A DNA stretch of 64,000 nucleotides from sequence record NZ_CP109675.1. One strand, 5' to 3'. Below the pieces are notes generated by a model that did no database searches, was not told where the DNA came from, and saw only the letters and a list, made by a program, of their open reading frames with translations. Both the position numbers and the translations under genes were made by a program. The DNA is from a plasmid. Shown here one piece after another: positions 49,925 through 58,749 of this stretch; within the stretch, counting starts at the first letter, position 1; the number at the start of each line of letters is the position of its first letter.

Positions 49925-50704
49925 TTAAATGGTTCCTTTAAGTAATGACACAGCTTCAGTCTCCGGCATCTGGAACTGCACGCGGTGACGCGCCGCCACA
50001 TCCAGCGCAAACACTTTCGTGTACACCTCCGTCGAGCTGATGCTCTTATGCCCCATTAAACTCTGAAGCACCTTGAGAGGAATACCGGCATACAGCATGT
50101 GCATGGCATAGCTGTGGCGGAATGTGTGCGGTGTCACCGGCACGGAGAACGTCACCCCGTCAGCCGCTGCTGCTTCAACCGCTTCGCTGAGCCAGGTGCG
50201 GACCGTCCGGTCGGTAATTTCCCAGATGCGCGCCTTCTCGGTTCTGCCGCTTCGCTTGTTACGTCGTTCAAGAGGTATTTTCAGCGTGGCCACCATCATT
50301 TCCAGCTGGCTGACATAGCTCGCATCGGAAAGCGGTACCAGCCGGTGAGCCTGACTGCCGGCGGGTGCCCGGCCTGCCGTTCTGGCGGCTTTTTCAGTCC
50401 TTTGTTTGAGTGTGGCCAGCTGCACGAAAGGGTAGGGTGGCACCAGGGAAAAATCACTCCGGGTCAGCGCCAGCGCCTCGTTAATACGGGCGCCGGTGTT
50501 CCAGAGGGTGGCCAGCAGCATCTTGCGGTGCAGATCAGGCACATAGTGGAGCAGGGCGCTCACTTCCGGCGCCAGCAGATATTTCGGCAGTTCGTCCTGA
50601 ACGAGGGCCATCTGGCGCAGGGCCAGTGCGGCAGGGTAGTCGATGGCCACCGGCAGCTGCGCGGCCGAAAATGAGACACCCTGGCCGGGTATTGCCGGCA
50701 TCAT
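49925..50704 (-). CDS. tyrosine site-specific recombinase (ResD/XerD-like multimer resolvase)
   Basis: HTFRHSYAMHML...GHKSISSTEVYT (R-H-R-Y). 259 aa. Confidence 0.8.
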   Translation of the reverse strand: MMPAIPGQGVSFSAAQLPVAIDYPAALALRQMALVQDELPKYLLAPEVSALLHYVPDLHRKMLLATLWNTGARINEALALTRSDFSLVPPYPFVQLATLKQRTEKAARTAGRAPAGSQAHRLVPLSDASYVSQLEMMVATLKIPLERRNKRSGRTEKARIWEITDRTVRTWLSEAVEAAAADGVTFSVPVTPHTFRHSYAMHMLYAGIPLKVLQSLMGHKSISSTEVYTKVFALDVAARHRVQFQMPETEAVSLLKGTI

Positions 50705-51070
50705 TGCTTGTTGTCCCTGCCGGACAGGTATTGCTCTGTAAGTCGTGCCAGTGCTTTCTGCGCGTAATCTTCGCCCGGGAGCAGACTGATTTCACCCCGG
50801 CGTTCCATCCCGGCGCCGATGGCGCTCAGCGTCGTCATCACCGGCAGCAGCCGGCGCAGCTGCTGGGCATGTCCGCACGCTGTACGGATACGATCGGCAA
50901 ACGCATCCTCATCGCGGGAATATGTCCCGGGCGCAGGACGTTCCCTGCCGTCCTTTTCAGACTGCAATTGCTGACACAGTTTCAGCAGGGAAATAATGTC
51001 ATTGGCGGCTTCGTTTGCGCATGGTCCGTTCATATATCTTGGTATCACCCTAATTTCCTTACAAATCATA
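50701..51070 (-). CDS. hypothetical 123 aa
   Basis: ORF with GAGG RBS. Start uncertain. Confidence 0.3.
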
Positions 51071-51724
51071 GTCAGGAACCTCACGAGCTTGTCGTGCTCT
51101 GGACTTTCGTTGTTTTCGCCACTCAGCCCATAAGACGTTCTGTACTGACCAGGGGCTGTTATTATCAAGGTGTGATGAAGGCATGGCATTAAGTCGCCTC
51201 AGTCGCCTGGCCAGTATCATGGCACGCAGACCCAGACGTGAATACTGATAACGGCGTTCTTTAAAGGTCATCTGCCAGTCGGGAGGATTATCATAGTCAC
51301 TGACAATACTGATATAACGGCTGGCTTCTGGGATCAGCACTGACAGTTCACGAATACGGTAAAGAATCCTGCTGGGTAGTACCCGCCAGTCACCGTCAAT
51401 ATCCTCTGTTGAGAATGGCTCAGCGCTAATACCAGTACGTGTGTACCCTTTATCATCTTCAAACCCTTCATCATTAACCACCTCCGCGCATCCCTGGGCA
51501 AATCGTTCGAGGCGAAATACCAGCTGAGTGGAAATAAAATAAAGCTCAGATTCTCGCTTTGTCGCTGCTGCTTCCTTCTCCCGCTGGGTTATCAGCCGCT
51601 GCCCGTACCACACACCACCGAATGCAGCACCTGCAGATGAAACCGCCGTAATGATCTGCGGCCACAGGCTGGCGCTGTCCTTCACCACCTTCACGCCTTC
51701 GGTCGCGATAAACCAGTCAGCCAT
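51059..51724 (-). CDS. hypothetical membrane-anchored protein 221 aa
   Basis: N-terminal TM. Confidence 0.35.
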   Translation of the reverse strand: MADWFIATEGVKVVKDSASLWPQIITAVSSAGAAFGGVWYGQRLITQREKEAAATKRESELYFISTQLVFRLERFAQGCAEVVNDEGFEDDKGYTRTGISAEPFSTEDIDGDWRVLPSRILYRIRELSVLIPEASRYISIVSDYDNPPDWQMTFKERRYQYSRLGLRAMILARRLRRLNAMPSSHLDNNSPWSVQNVLWAEWRKQRKSRARQAREVPDYDL

Positions 51725-51754
51725 ATTTGCTCCCTTACTGAAAAATCCCGCCGG

Positions 51755-52084
51755 TCATACTGACGCAGCGTCTTCACGGAACGGCTCAAAGGCCAGCAGG
51801 GCGTCAGCCCCGGAGGCCAGCTCGGTACAGTCCCCGCGCTGCGGGTCGATCTCTTCATCTATGGCCTCGTTATACCGCATGCGCAGCCGCCATCCCGTCA
51901 CGGGAGGTGCGTTCTGTATGGCCAGCACCATCCCTTCCGGCGACAGCAGTTCGCGGAGGGTGTAGCAGGCGCCGATCCGGGTCGAGTCCCGCAGCCACAT
52001 CACGGGGTACTCGCTGACCAGCTGGTCATACACGCATTCCGGCGTATGGAAGTAATTCCCGTCCGCCCTGCATAAATCACACAT
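51755..52084 (-). CDS. hypothetical 109 aa
   Basis: AAGGAAGG RBS. Confidence 0.4.
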   Translation of the reverse strand: MCDLCRADGNYFHTPECVYDQLVSEYPVMWLRDSTRIGACYTLRELLSPEGMVLAIQNAPPVTGWRLRMRYNEAIDEEIDPQRGDCTELASGADALLAFEPFREDAASV

Positions 52085-52130
52085 AATCCTTCCTTAACTG
52101 AGAATTCCGCCTGCAAGCCTTGTGAAGCCA

Positions 52131-52445
52131 TCACCAGAACAGTAAACCATTCGTTTTAAAAATCTTATCGATGAGGCAGGCTTTCCACGGCGGACAGCTG
52201 TGTTCATACTGCGGCAGATGGTAATCACCGGTGAGCACCCAGAAATCAGGCTGGCCTGATTGTTCTGCCACCATTCTGCCGTTTCGTTTGAGAATTTTTG
52301 GAGATCGCCATTCCTGACGCCGGCGGGCTGTCTCGACTGGGCAGTCCTCATTAAGGCCAGAGTAAAGCCACAGCTCTTGATGGCCATATACATCCTCAAG
52401 CTCCCGGACCACATCGTAAAATGATCTAAATGTTGGTTTCCCCAT
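52131..52445 (-). CDS. hypothetical 104 aa
   Basis: Start re-called to MGKPTFRS. Confidence 0.35.
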   Translation of the reverse strand: MGKPTFRSFYDVVRELEDVYGHQELWLYSGLNEDCPVETARRRQEWRSPKILKRNGRMVAEQSGQPDFWVLTGDYHLPQYEHSCPPWKACLIDKIFKTNGLLFW

Positions 52446-53004
52446 ACCTCGCCTCAAAAATAGTATCTGGTTCAATAGTCACTCAGAGTAATGATGACGC
52501 GAAGGATAATCACCTGTGCAGTCACTCACCTGAATATTCCCCTGCTTATTTTTCCTGTCGTGAATATCACCAGAATAATAATAAGCAGCCATATAACCAC
52601 TCCATTAAATTACCGGATGGCCGTTCCGGTCAGATCCGATTTTCTGGCTATCCGCAACTTACCGGAAGTGTAACACGGTCAGAGAATAAGCGAAGCGCTC
52701 TTTTCGGCCCCTTCTTATCGGGTACAGGTGAGGGGAGATAACACAATATATAGAAGAAAAAGCAGCTGACGGAGTGGCATATCTTGTATTTTCGTGCCGC
52801 TGCGCGCCGGGGCGTTTCCGTAAGATCCGGAACAACCTTTTTTCGGATCTCAGGAGTGGAAGAGAACGATTATTGCAGAATAAGCACAAAAAACAGTGAA
52901 TTGTTGTTATGAGTAGATTATTGCTATAAGTATCGCAATTTGAATTAATTATTAACAACAAAGCAATTTAACAGCGACCCCATCCGGGGTCACCTTAATT
53001 TTGC

Positions 53005-56000
53005 TCAGCGATGTTCAAACCGGGCCACCAGTGGACCAGTGATTTCCATCTCCATTTCCCAGAGCGTTGTCATCACGCCTTCAAGTGGATTGTCACTACT
53101 GCTGTAGAAGGTGTTAAAAAGGGTTCCATCCGGGTACCTGAACAGCCTGAGTTCACCGAAGGATTCCGCGCTGACCATAACCGAAAATTCCTGTTCGGAA
53201 TTGAGGACAAGGTAAATAAGACAGTTATTGATCCTGAAGGGCAGAGTGCGGCTACCTCTGGCTGAAACATCAACCTGTATGCTAAACGCGTCATGCCTTT
53301 CCGGCTGATAAACCAGTTCCCTCAGTTCTTCGCTAAAGCGGGAACCATAGCTCACCAGTATGTAATACTGCTGATCGGCGGACCGTTGCGCGACTTTCAT
53401 TAACAGTGTTTCGAGGTTTTTGACCTTCATCGTTAATTTAGCCTGTGATTGCCACAGTAAATTATGCAGTCTGTGGTAAATATTTGTCCTAACATCTGAT
53501 ACAGACGGAAAATCTCCGTAGAAATTACTATTAAGTTCTCTGGCAACATAATCTTTGGGAACACTCACAGGAATGTATCTCACCAGCCAGTTGCGATCGC
53601 ATTCTGAATTTTGAGAAAAAGTGAAGTAGTTAAGCAGAGTATCTTCAGACAATACCCCAGGAAGTTCTTTTGTCAGACGAGTGTCGGTATTCCTGAGACG
53701 TTCAAGATCTACTTCGGCAGCAACGATATCTGCCACTTTGCTGCGACTGAAGACCTCAATGTATTTATCCAGAACGTCATTAAAGAAAACCACGTTCGTT
53801 GCATAATCCGCGTCTGAAATGATATAGCCTTCATAAGGGACTGAAGGATCACGTTTCAGCCGTTCAAGAACAGAAATTATTCTCACTTTACTGAAATAGG
53901 AAAACAACCCTCCCGCAAGGGCGTCATTAGCACGCTGCGTAACCTGCTCAGCAGGTCTGGCGAGCTTTATAGCCAGCAAGGAAAATGCTCCGTAGAGGCT
54001 CCCTAAATCCTCATGTACTCCTGTATACGTACGCCCCGGAATGTAAGGCCTTTCATTATATGAGTTCATAACCTCAATGGTTTCTGATAGCCCGCTGTAC
54101 CAGTTTGTATTCGCATGAAGATTACAGTGCTCAATTCTCAGTATCATATCAATGATATCGACAGAACGTCTGAACGCAGGTGTCAGCGTATCATGAGTGT
54201 CTCTTTCTTCATATAATTCAGACGTAATGATATGGTTAACAAGATCAGCTAAATCTATCTTTTCTTGGGGTTCAAAATGCGCAATGAGATAACCTGCCAT
54301 TAACAGGCGTAAATCAGACAAGGCATTTGCAAACATAATGGATAAGGCCGCATCTTTTTTATATGGACGCCCCCTGAGTAACATTGCCCACTGCGAGTCT
54401 GTTTCATCCAGAGACAGATAATCCGGAGTCAGGAAGAAACTGTGCCAGTGGTACTCTTCCTCCCAGTGCCGTGGAAACCGGCTCTGGTTAAACCAGAGAC
54501 AGAGAACGTCGTGAGCATATCGTACGGAAGAAGCATTATCTGCAACCACTGACGGAATAAGCAGCCTGGCGGTGTTATGCAGATGATACATCAGGCGCCC
54601 AGTAGAATCTTCGCTCCCTGGTTTGCCAATGATCGAGCTCATACTCCAGCCCTCCCACAGGCCAATAAAATGGCGTACAAGTTCTTGATGAGTTTGCTCC
54701 TGGCTGGCCGAGAGGGTGACACCCTGTCCTGCTTTCCACTCGTTTAACACATGCCATACTCTGAAAAGCGAGAGTAAAAATTGTCTGAAATCGGTAAAAT
54801 GAGTGCTCTGTGTTTTTCTGTACACATGCAATGGAATGGCCATCGATTCACGGAAATATTCGCCTGAATATTCCGTTGATTTTACGGATTCACGAAAAAA
54901 CTTTCTCAATTCATAATGGAATGAATCGCTGAAAGTATGGCTAAAACCTGATTCTTTTACTTCATCCAGATAATTTTTATCAACCCCGTAGTTATAACTT
55001 CTTTTGATAGAGGTATAGGTATCTGTTAATCGTTCAATCCCTGTTCTGAAGACGCTAATATTTTTATCGTTAAGCGCATCGTAAGCCTCACCAAAGAAAT
55101 CAAAAGTAATATCATCCAGATCCCTTTTGTTCTTAGGGCGCCCTGTTACAATACAACGGCTAAATAACCACCGCCACAATCCTGAAACAGGCTTGACATT
55201 TCTCGATGACAATAAAGTTAGTTCACCAGAACGAACACCAAAGGAGGGCAAAATGATAATTTCCGCATCCTGCCCATCTACCGCCTCTAGCCTTCTTAGC
55301 AGAAATAAAAGTGGCCTTATATAAATATCTATAACAACATCACCTTTACTGATATTAGATTTGACATGAAGCATGTCGTCTTTCTCTGAGATTGAGTAAG
55401 GCAGTATTTTAATATTACCGAGGTAATCCTCACCTATATTTACCCCCGGATATCGGAGCCAAGCAAGAATATATGCTTTTTGAATATAGTCATCCACTAT
55501 CTGAGACAAAAAAAACTTATTCATTAGTCGATCGCGCTTGCTCTCATCCAGGACATTCAGACTCGAGACGAAGAACCAGATAGACAGAGTAATATTGAAA
55601 AGCATCCACACAAAAGCTGTTACGGCGAAAGAAGTATTAAGATATCCGTCACCTATAGATAACGTCATACCGCCCAACACGATAAATGCAGCCAGTAAAA
55701 GACCACTCAGGCCCGCAAACATATATCCGGAATGAAGTTGATACGCGGACTGAATATGGATCCTTGCTGATTTCTTTTGAAACAAAACACTTATAAGCCC
55801 CACAACCAGCGGAAAAACAATACCGATTATAGTCAACTGGCTACCCAGTAAATTAGACATCCAGTCTGAAAGCTTGGTAATGCCCTTAAAATGCTGCACA
55901 GCGAAAGGTTGCAATACAGGGCGAAAATATTCGACCACGCCAACAGCCCCGAAGGCTGCGGACCATAGAATTAGCATAGCCCGGACGTAATGGGTGGAGC

Positions 56001-56124
56001 AGGAAACAAGTATTCTCTCCACCGGGTTCCAGCGTAGTTTTTTGTAATCCCGGTTCGACTTCAGGCTCCGTCGGAGTTCAGCTCTCACCTGCCATGAGAG
56101 ACTTTTTAGAAGTTTTCCAAACAT
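53005..56124 (-). CDS. large orphan protein: N-terminal ~220-aa polytopic membrane domain (at least 4 TMs) + ~820-aa soluble domain; no recognised catalytic motifs; AT-rich
   Basis: Uninterrupted 1039-codon ORF. Strongly hydrophobic segments at aa 50-70, 95-115, 130-155 and 165-190. Confidence 0.6.
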   Translation of the reverse strand: MFGKLLKSLSWQVRAELRRSLKSNRDYKKLRWNPVERILVSCSTHYVRAMLILWSAAFGAVGVVEYFRPVLQPFAVQHFKGITKLSDWMSNLLGSQLTIIGIVFPLVVGLISVLFQKKSARIHIQSAYQLHSGYMFAGLSGLLLAAFIVLGGMTLSIGDGYLNTSFAVTAFVWMLFNITLSIWFFVSSLNVLDESKRDRLMNKFFLSQIVDDYIQKAYILAWLRYPGVNIGEDYLGNIKILPYSISEKDDMLHVKSNISKGDVVIDIYIRPLLFLLRRLEAVDGQDAEIIILPSFGVRSGELTLLSSRNVKPVSGLWRWLFSRCIVTGRPKNKRDLDDITFDFFGEAYDALNDKNISVFRTGIERLTDTYTSIKRSYNYGVDKNYLDEVKESGFSHTFSDSFHYELRKFFRESVKSTEYSGEYFRESMAIPLHVYRKTQSTHFTDFRQFLLSLFRVWHVLNEWKAGQGVTLSASQEQTHQELVRHFIGLWEGWSMSSIIGKPGSEDSTGRLMYHLHNTARLLIPSVVADNASSVRYAHDVLCLWFNQSRFPRHWEEEYHWHSFFLTPDYLSLDETDSQWAMLLRGRPYKKDAALSIMFANALSDLRLLMAGYLIAHFEPQEKIDLADLVNHIITSELYEERDTHDTLTPAFRRSVDIIDMILRIEHCNLHANTNWYSGLSETIEVMNSYNERPYIPGRTYTGVHEDLGSLYGAFSLLAIKLARPAEQVTQRANDALAGGLFSYFSKVRIISVLERLKRDPSVPYEGYIISDADYATNVVFFNDVLDKYIEVFSRSKVADIVAAEVDLERLRNTDTRLTKELPGVLSEDTLLNYFTFSQNSECDRNWLVRYIPVSVPKDYVARELNSNFYGDFPSVSDVRTNIYHRLHNLLWQSQAKLTMKVKNLETLLMKVAQRSADQQYYILVSYGSRFSEELRELVYQPERHDAFSIQVDVSARGSRTLPFRINNCLIYLVLNSEQEFSVMVSAESFGELRLFRYPDGTLFNTFYSSSDNPLEGVMTTLWEMEMEITGPLVARFEHR

Positions 56125-56280
56125 AGATATTCTGCGTGTTCCATAAGAAATTTTATGAATAATAAGCGGTAGTGACCTTTTTTTCTCTGGAAAATGTCAC
56201 CCGATGCCCTTCGTGCAAAGTTCGTCTCCCTGTTATCCGATTTAGCCAGAAACCGGATCTGCGCGGCGGGAAACACGCAA

Positions 56281-56403
56281 AGGATATGATAATTGAATCA
56301 CTCACATAAAATCATACTAAGTGTGATATTTATCATTATTCATGAAATCACTTCTGATATGATATTAACTTAATATCAAATGAATCATACGTGATATGAT
56401 TTT
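56281..56403. repeat. iteron-like AT-rich repeats (AAATCATACTAAGTGTGATATTT 56308-56330; GAATCATACGTGATATGATTTT 56382-56403; GATATGAT x3)
   Basis: Shares the AAATCATACT half-site with the parA iterons. Confidence 0.45.
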
Positions 56404-56439
56404 ATCGCAATCTGTTACTCATTATTCCAGGAGCGCAGC

Positions 56440-56724
56440 ATGTCCAGTACCGGGCCGACACTGAATCTCACCTATGACGAATTGCTTGACGAAATCAAAA
56501 GCATCCTTCGCGTGCTCAGCCGGCACAGCAGTTCTTCCCGGGATGACTCTTCCACCACGGCTGCCTTTGACAGGGGGAGTTGCAGCGGCGCCATTGCGCT
56601 CTGGTATTCACTGGCATTATCAATGAGGGCGCCGGGGCGCGACTGTGAGGAGGATCGCAGACAGCTTCGGCTTCTGGCCGGACTGATCCTCGAAAACCAG
56701 GAGCCGCCTGCCGATGGCCGCTGA
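56440..56724 (+). CDS. hypothetical 94 aa, first gene of GC-rich 3-gene operon
   Basis: ATG. Overlaps next gene by 11 nt. Confidence 0.45.
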   Translation: MSSTGPTLNLTYDELLDEIKSILRVLSRHSSSSRDDSSTTAAFDRGSCSGAIALWYSLALSMRAPGRDCEEDRRQLRLLAGLILENQEPPADGR

Positions 56725-57934
56725 GAAACACCGCCGCCCATCGCCGCTACAGCGGCGGGTGCTGATTGTGCTGGCCGCCCTCGGTGCGAAACGTCCGGGA
56801 CCGGTGGCCACGCGGGATATTGAGCGGGTGCTGGAGCAGGGCGGGGACGCCCCGGTGTACGGGCCGAATCTCCGCGCCTCCTGCCGGCGCATGGAAGCTG
56901 CGGGCTGGCTGCGCACCCTGCGAGCCCCGAACCTGCAGCTGGCCGTCGAGCTGACGGACGCCGGCCGTGCGCTGGCCGCCCCGCTTCTCGCTGACGAACA
57001 GGCGCGCGTCCTGGCGGAGCAGCGCGCGACAACGGTCCGGGTTCTGCCCCTGATCCCGCCCGGCCAGGCAGACGAGGCTCACGACCGGCCGGTGGAGCTG
57101 GACGGCATCTGGCACCTGGCGTGCCGGGGCGACTACGTCATCCGCCTCGACGGGACCACCTGTCTCCAGCTGTGGAACACGGCCGGGCAGGTGACGCGTA
57201 TGACGGGCGATCCCCTTCAGGTGGCGCAGTGGCTCCAGGCCTGCCACGGGGCGGGTATTGCGGTCCGGATGCAGATCAATGAGAGCACCACGCCGGAGGC
57301 GGGCACGCTGATCGGTACCGAGCCGGAAGACCTGACCGGCACCTGGTACCGCCAGCTGGACGTCGCGCTTCAGGCACAGGGGATCACCGGTCTGACTGAG
57401 GATATTCGCCTTGCCGTGGTGAGCCCTGAGGAAGCCCTCCGGTCGCTGCCGGCACCGGCGCGGCTGCTGCACGTTCTGCGCGAAAGCCCGGAGGCGTTCC
57501 CGCTCACGGCTGCCGGGTATGAAGAAGATTCCGGCGCCGCTCTGGACACCCTGCTGGCCGGGGCCGGATTCACGTCGGGACAGGCACAGGAGCTGCGGCT
57601 GCACCGCATCCGCTGGGCTCAGATGAGTCAGGAAGACGCTGACCGGCGCGAACTGAACAGCCTGCTGGATGAGCTGGAACGGCGACAGCTGTACTGCAAC
57701 CGCGAACAACTGACGGAGATTGTGTTTTCGCCGGTCCGTAAACCCGGCGAGCGCTGGACTGACCGTCTGCAGTGGCTCCTGATGACGGACGGATTCGGGT
57801 TCCGGAGTCCGCTCTCCCGTGACGCAGGCTCCAGGGCGCTGACGATCCTGGCCGGTTACACGGGGCAGGAGGTGGCGGACCATCTGGCCACGGTTATCGT
57901 CTGGAACGATGACAGCGCGGGGATGCCGTCATGA
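56714..57934 (+). CDS. hypothetical 406 aa with N-terminal winged-helix-like segment (RRVLIVLAALGAKRPGPVATRDIERVL)
   Basis: Very GC-rich. Coupled to flanking genes. Confidence 0.5.
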   Translation: MAAEKHRRPSPLQRRVLIVLAALGAKRPGPVATRDIERVLEQGGDAPVYGPNLRASCRRMEAAGWLRTLRAPNLQLAVELTDAGRALAAPLLADEQARVLAEQRATTVRVLPLIPPGQADEAHDRPVELDGIWHLACRGDYVIRLDGTTCLQLWNTAGQVTRMTGDPLQVAQWLQACHGAGIAVRMQINESTTPEAGTLIGTEPEDLTGTWYRQLDVALQAQGITGLTEDIRLAVVSPEEALRSLPAPARLLHVLRESPEAFPLTAAGYEEDSGAALDTLLAGAGFTSGQAQELRLHRIRWAQMSQEDADRRELNSLLDELERRQLYCNREQLTEIVFSPVRKPGERWTDRLQWLLMTDGFGFRSPLSRDAGSRALTILAGYTGQEVADHLATVIVWNDDSAGMPS

Positions 57935-58584
57935 GCACAGGCAACGTCAATCTCATCGTCACCTGCACGCGCCGCAAAACCATAACAGCCGGTCAAACCG
58001 TCTTTCCATATGAACACGACGCCGGAAATGCTTATGAAGTCTGGCTGGAAAGGCTGGCCAGGGCGCGGAACGACGGCGCTGCCATAACAGCAGGTGAACT
58101 GTATACGGGCCAGCACTGGAGCAGGGCTGCTGCGGCTGCAAAACGTACCGGCGCAGAGCTGTGGGTGATTTCAGCGGGTCTGGGGCTGCTGCACGTATCA
58201 GACCCGGTGGTCCCTTATGAGGCAACGTTCTCCTCGATGCCGTTTAGTCACAGCAGACTATGGGAAAGCCTGACAGCTTGCCCGCCTGCTGAACGACGGT
58301 ATGCTTCCCTGAGGACGCTGATGCAGTCGAGGCCTGACGATCGGTTTGTGGTGGCCGCCTCTCCGGTGTACCTGCGTGCCGTCGATTCAGATCTGTATGC
58401 AGGAAGGGAGGCGCTCTGTACCCCGGAACAGCTTGTTGTGGTGACGTCAAAAGGTTACCAGGGAATCCTGAAGGGCAGCGTCATTTATACCAGTGCAGAC
58501 ATGATAAATGCGCTCAACACGAATATGACTGGCCTCAATATCAGCTATGCCACTCAGTTACTTGTTAACGACGTATGTAAATAA
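57931..58584 (+). CDS. hypothetical 217 aa
   Basis: ATGA overlap with preceding gene. Confidence 0.5.
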   Translation: MSTGNVNLIVTCTRRKTITAGQTVFPYEHDAGNAYEVWLERLARARNDGAAITAGELYTGQHWSRAAAAAKRTGAELWVISAGLGLLHVSDPVVPYEATFSSMPFSHSRLWESLTACPPAERRYASLRTLMQSRPDDRFVVAASPVYLRAVDSDLYAGREALCTPEQLVVVTSKGYQGILKGSVIYTSADMINALNTNMTGLNISYATQLLVNDVCK

Positions 58585-58749
58585 GCATCCAGGCAAGACG
58601 TAAGACAAACACTCACGACTTATTTTTGGTATACGTAGCTGAGAAACGATATCATAAGATATCAGGGAAATATTGCGTGCTCTGCTTCCCGATAGACTGA
58701 CCACAATCTTAATAACCATAAATATGTAAATGTAAGGTGCCATTATAAA

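Noticed and set aside
49925-50704. Tyrosine recombinase as a possible integrase marking an integrated element or shufflon recombinase (rci)
   Set aside because: It is 259 aa with no N-terminal arm-binding domain. It sits next to partition systems, and no shufflon repeats or attachment sites are nearby. A ResD/XerD-like resolvase is the simpler call.
52659-52961. 100-aa ORF in the AT-rich spacer downstream of the large membrane-protein gene
   Set aside because: AT-rich low-complexity translation (LLIINSNCDTYSNNLLITT...), no RBS. It lies in what is more likely the terminator or 3' region.
56747-57883. 378-aa minus-strand ORF inside the GC-rich operon (and similar long antisense ORFs such as 33403-34275, 5515-6018 and 46260-46811)
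   Set aside because: These are typical spurious open frames on the opposite strand of high-GC coding sequence. They lack RBS and overlap better-supported genes completely.
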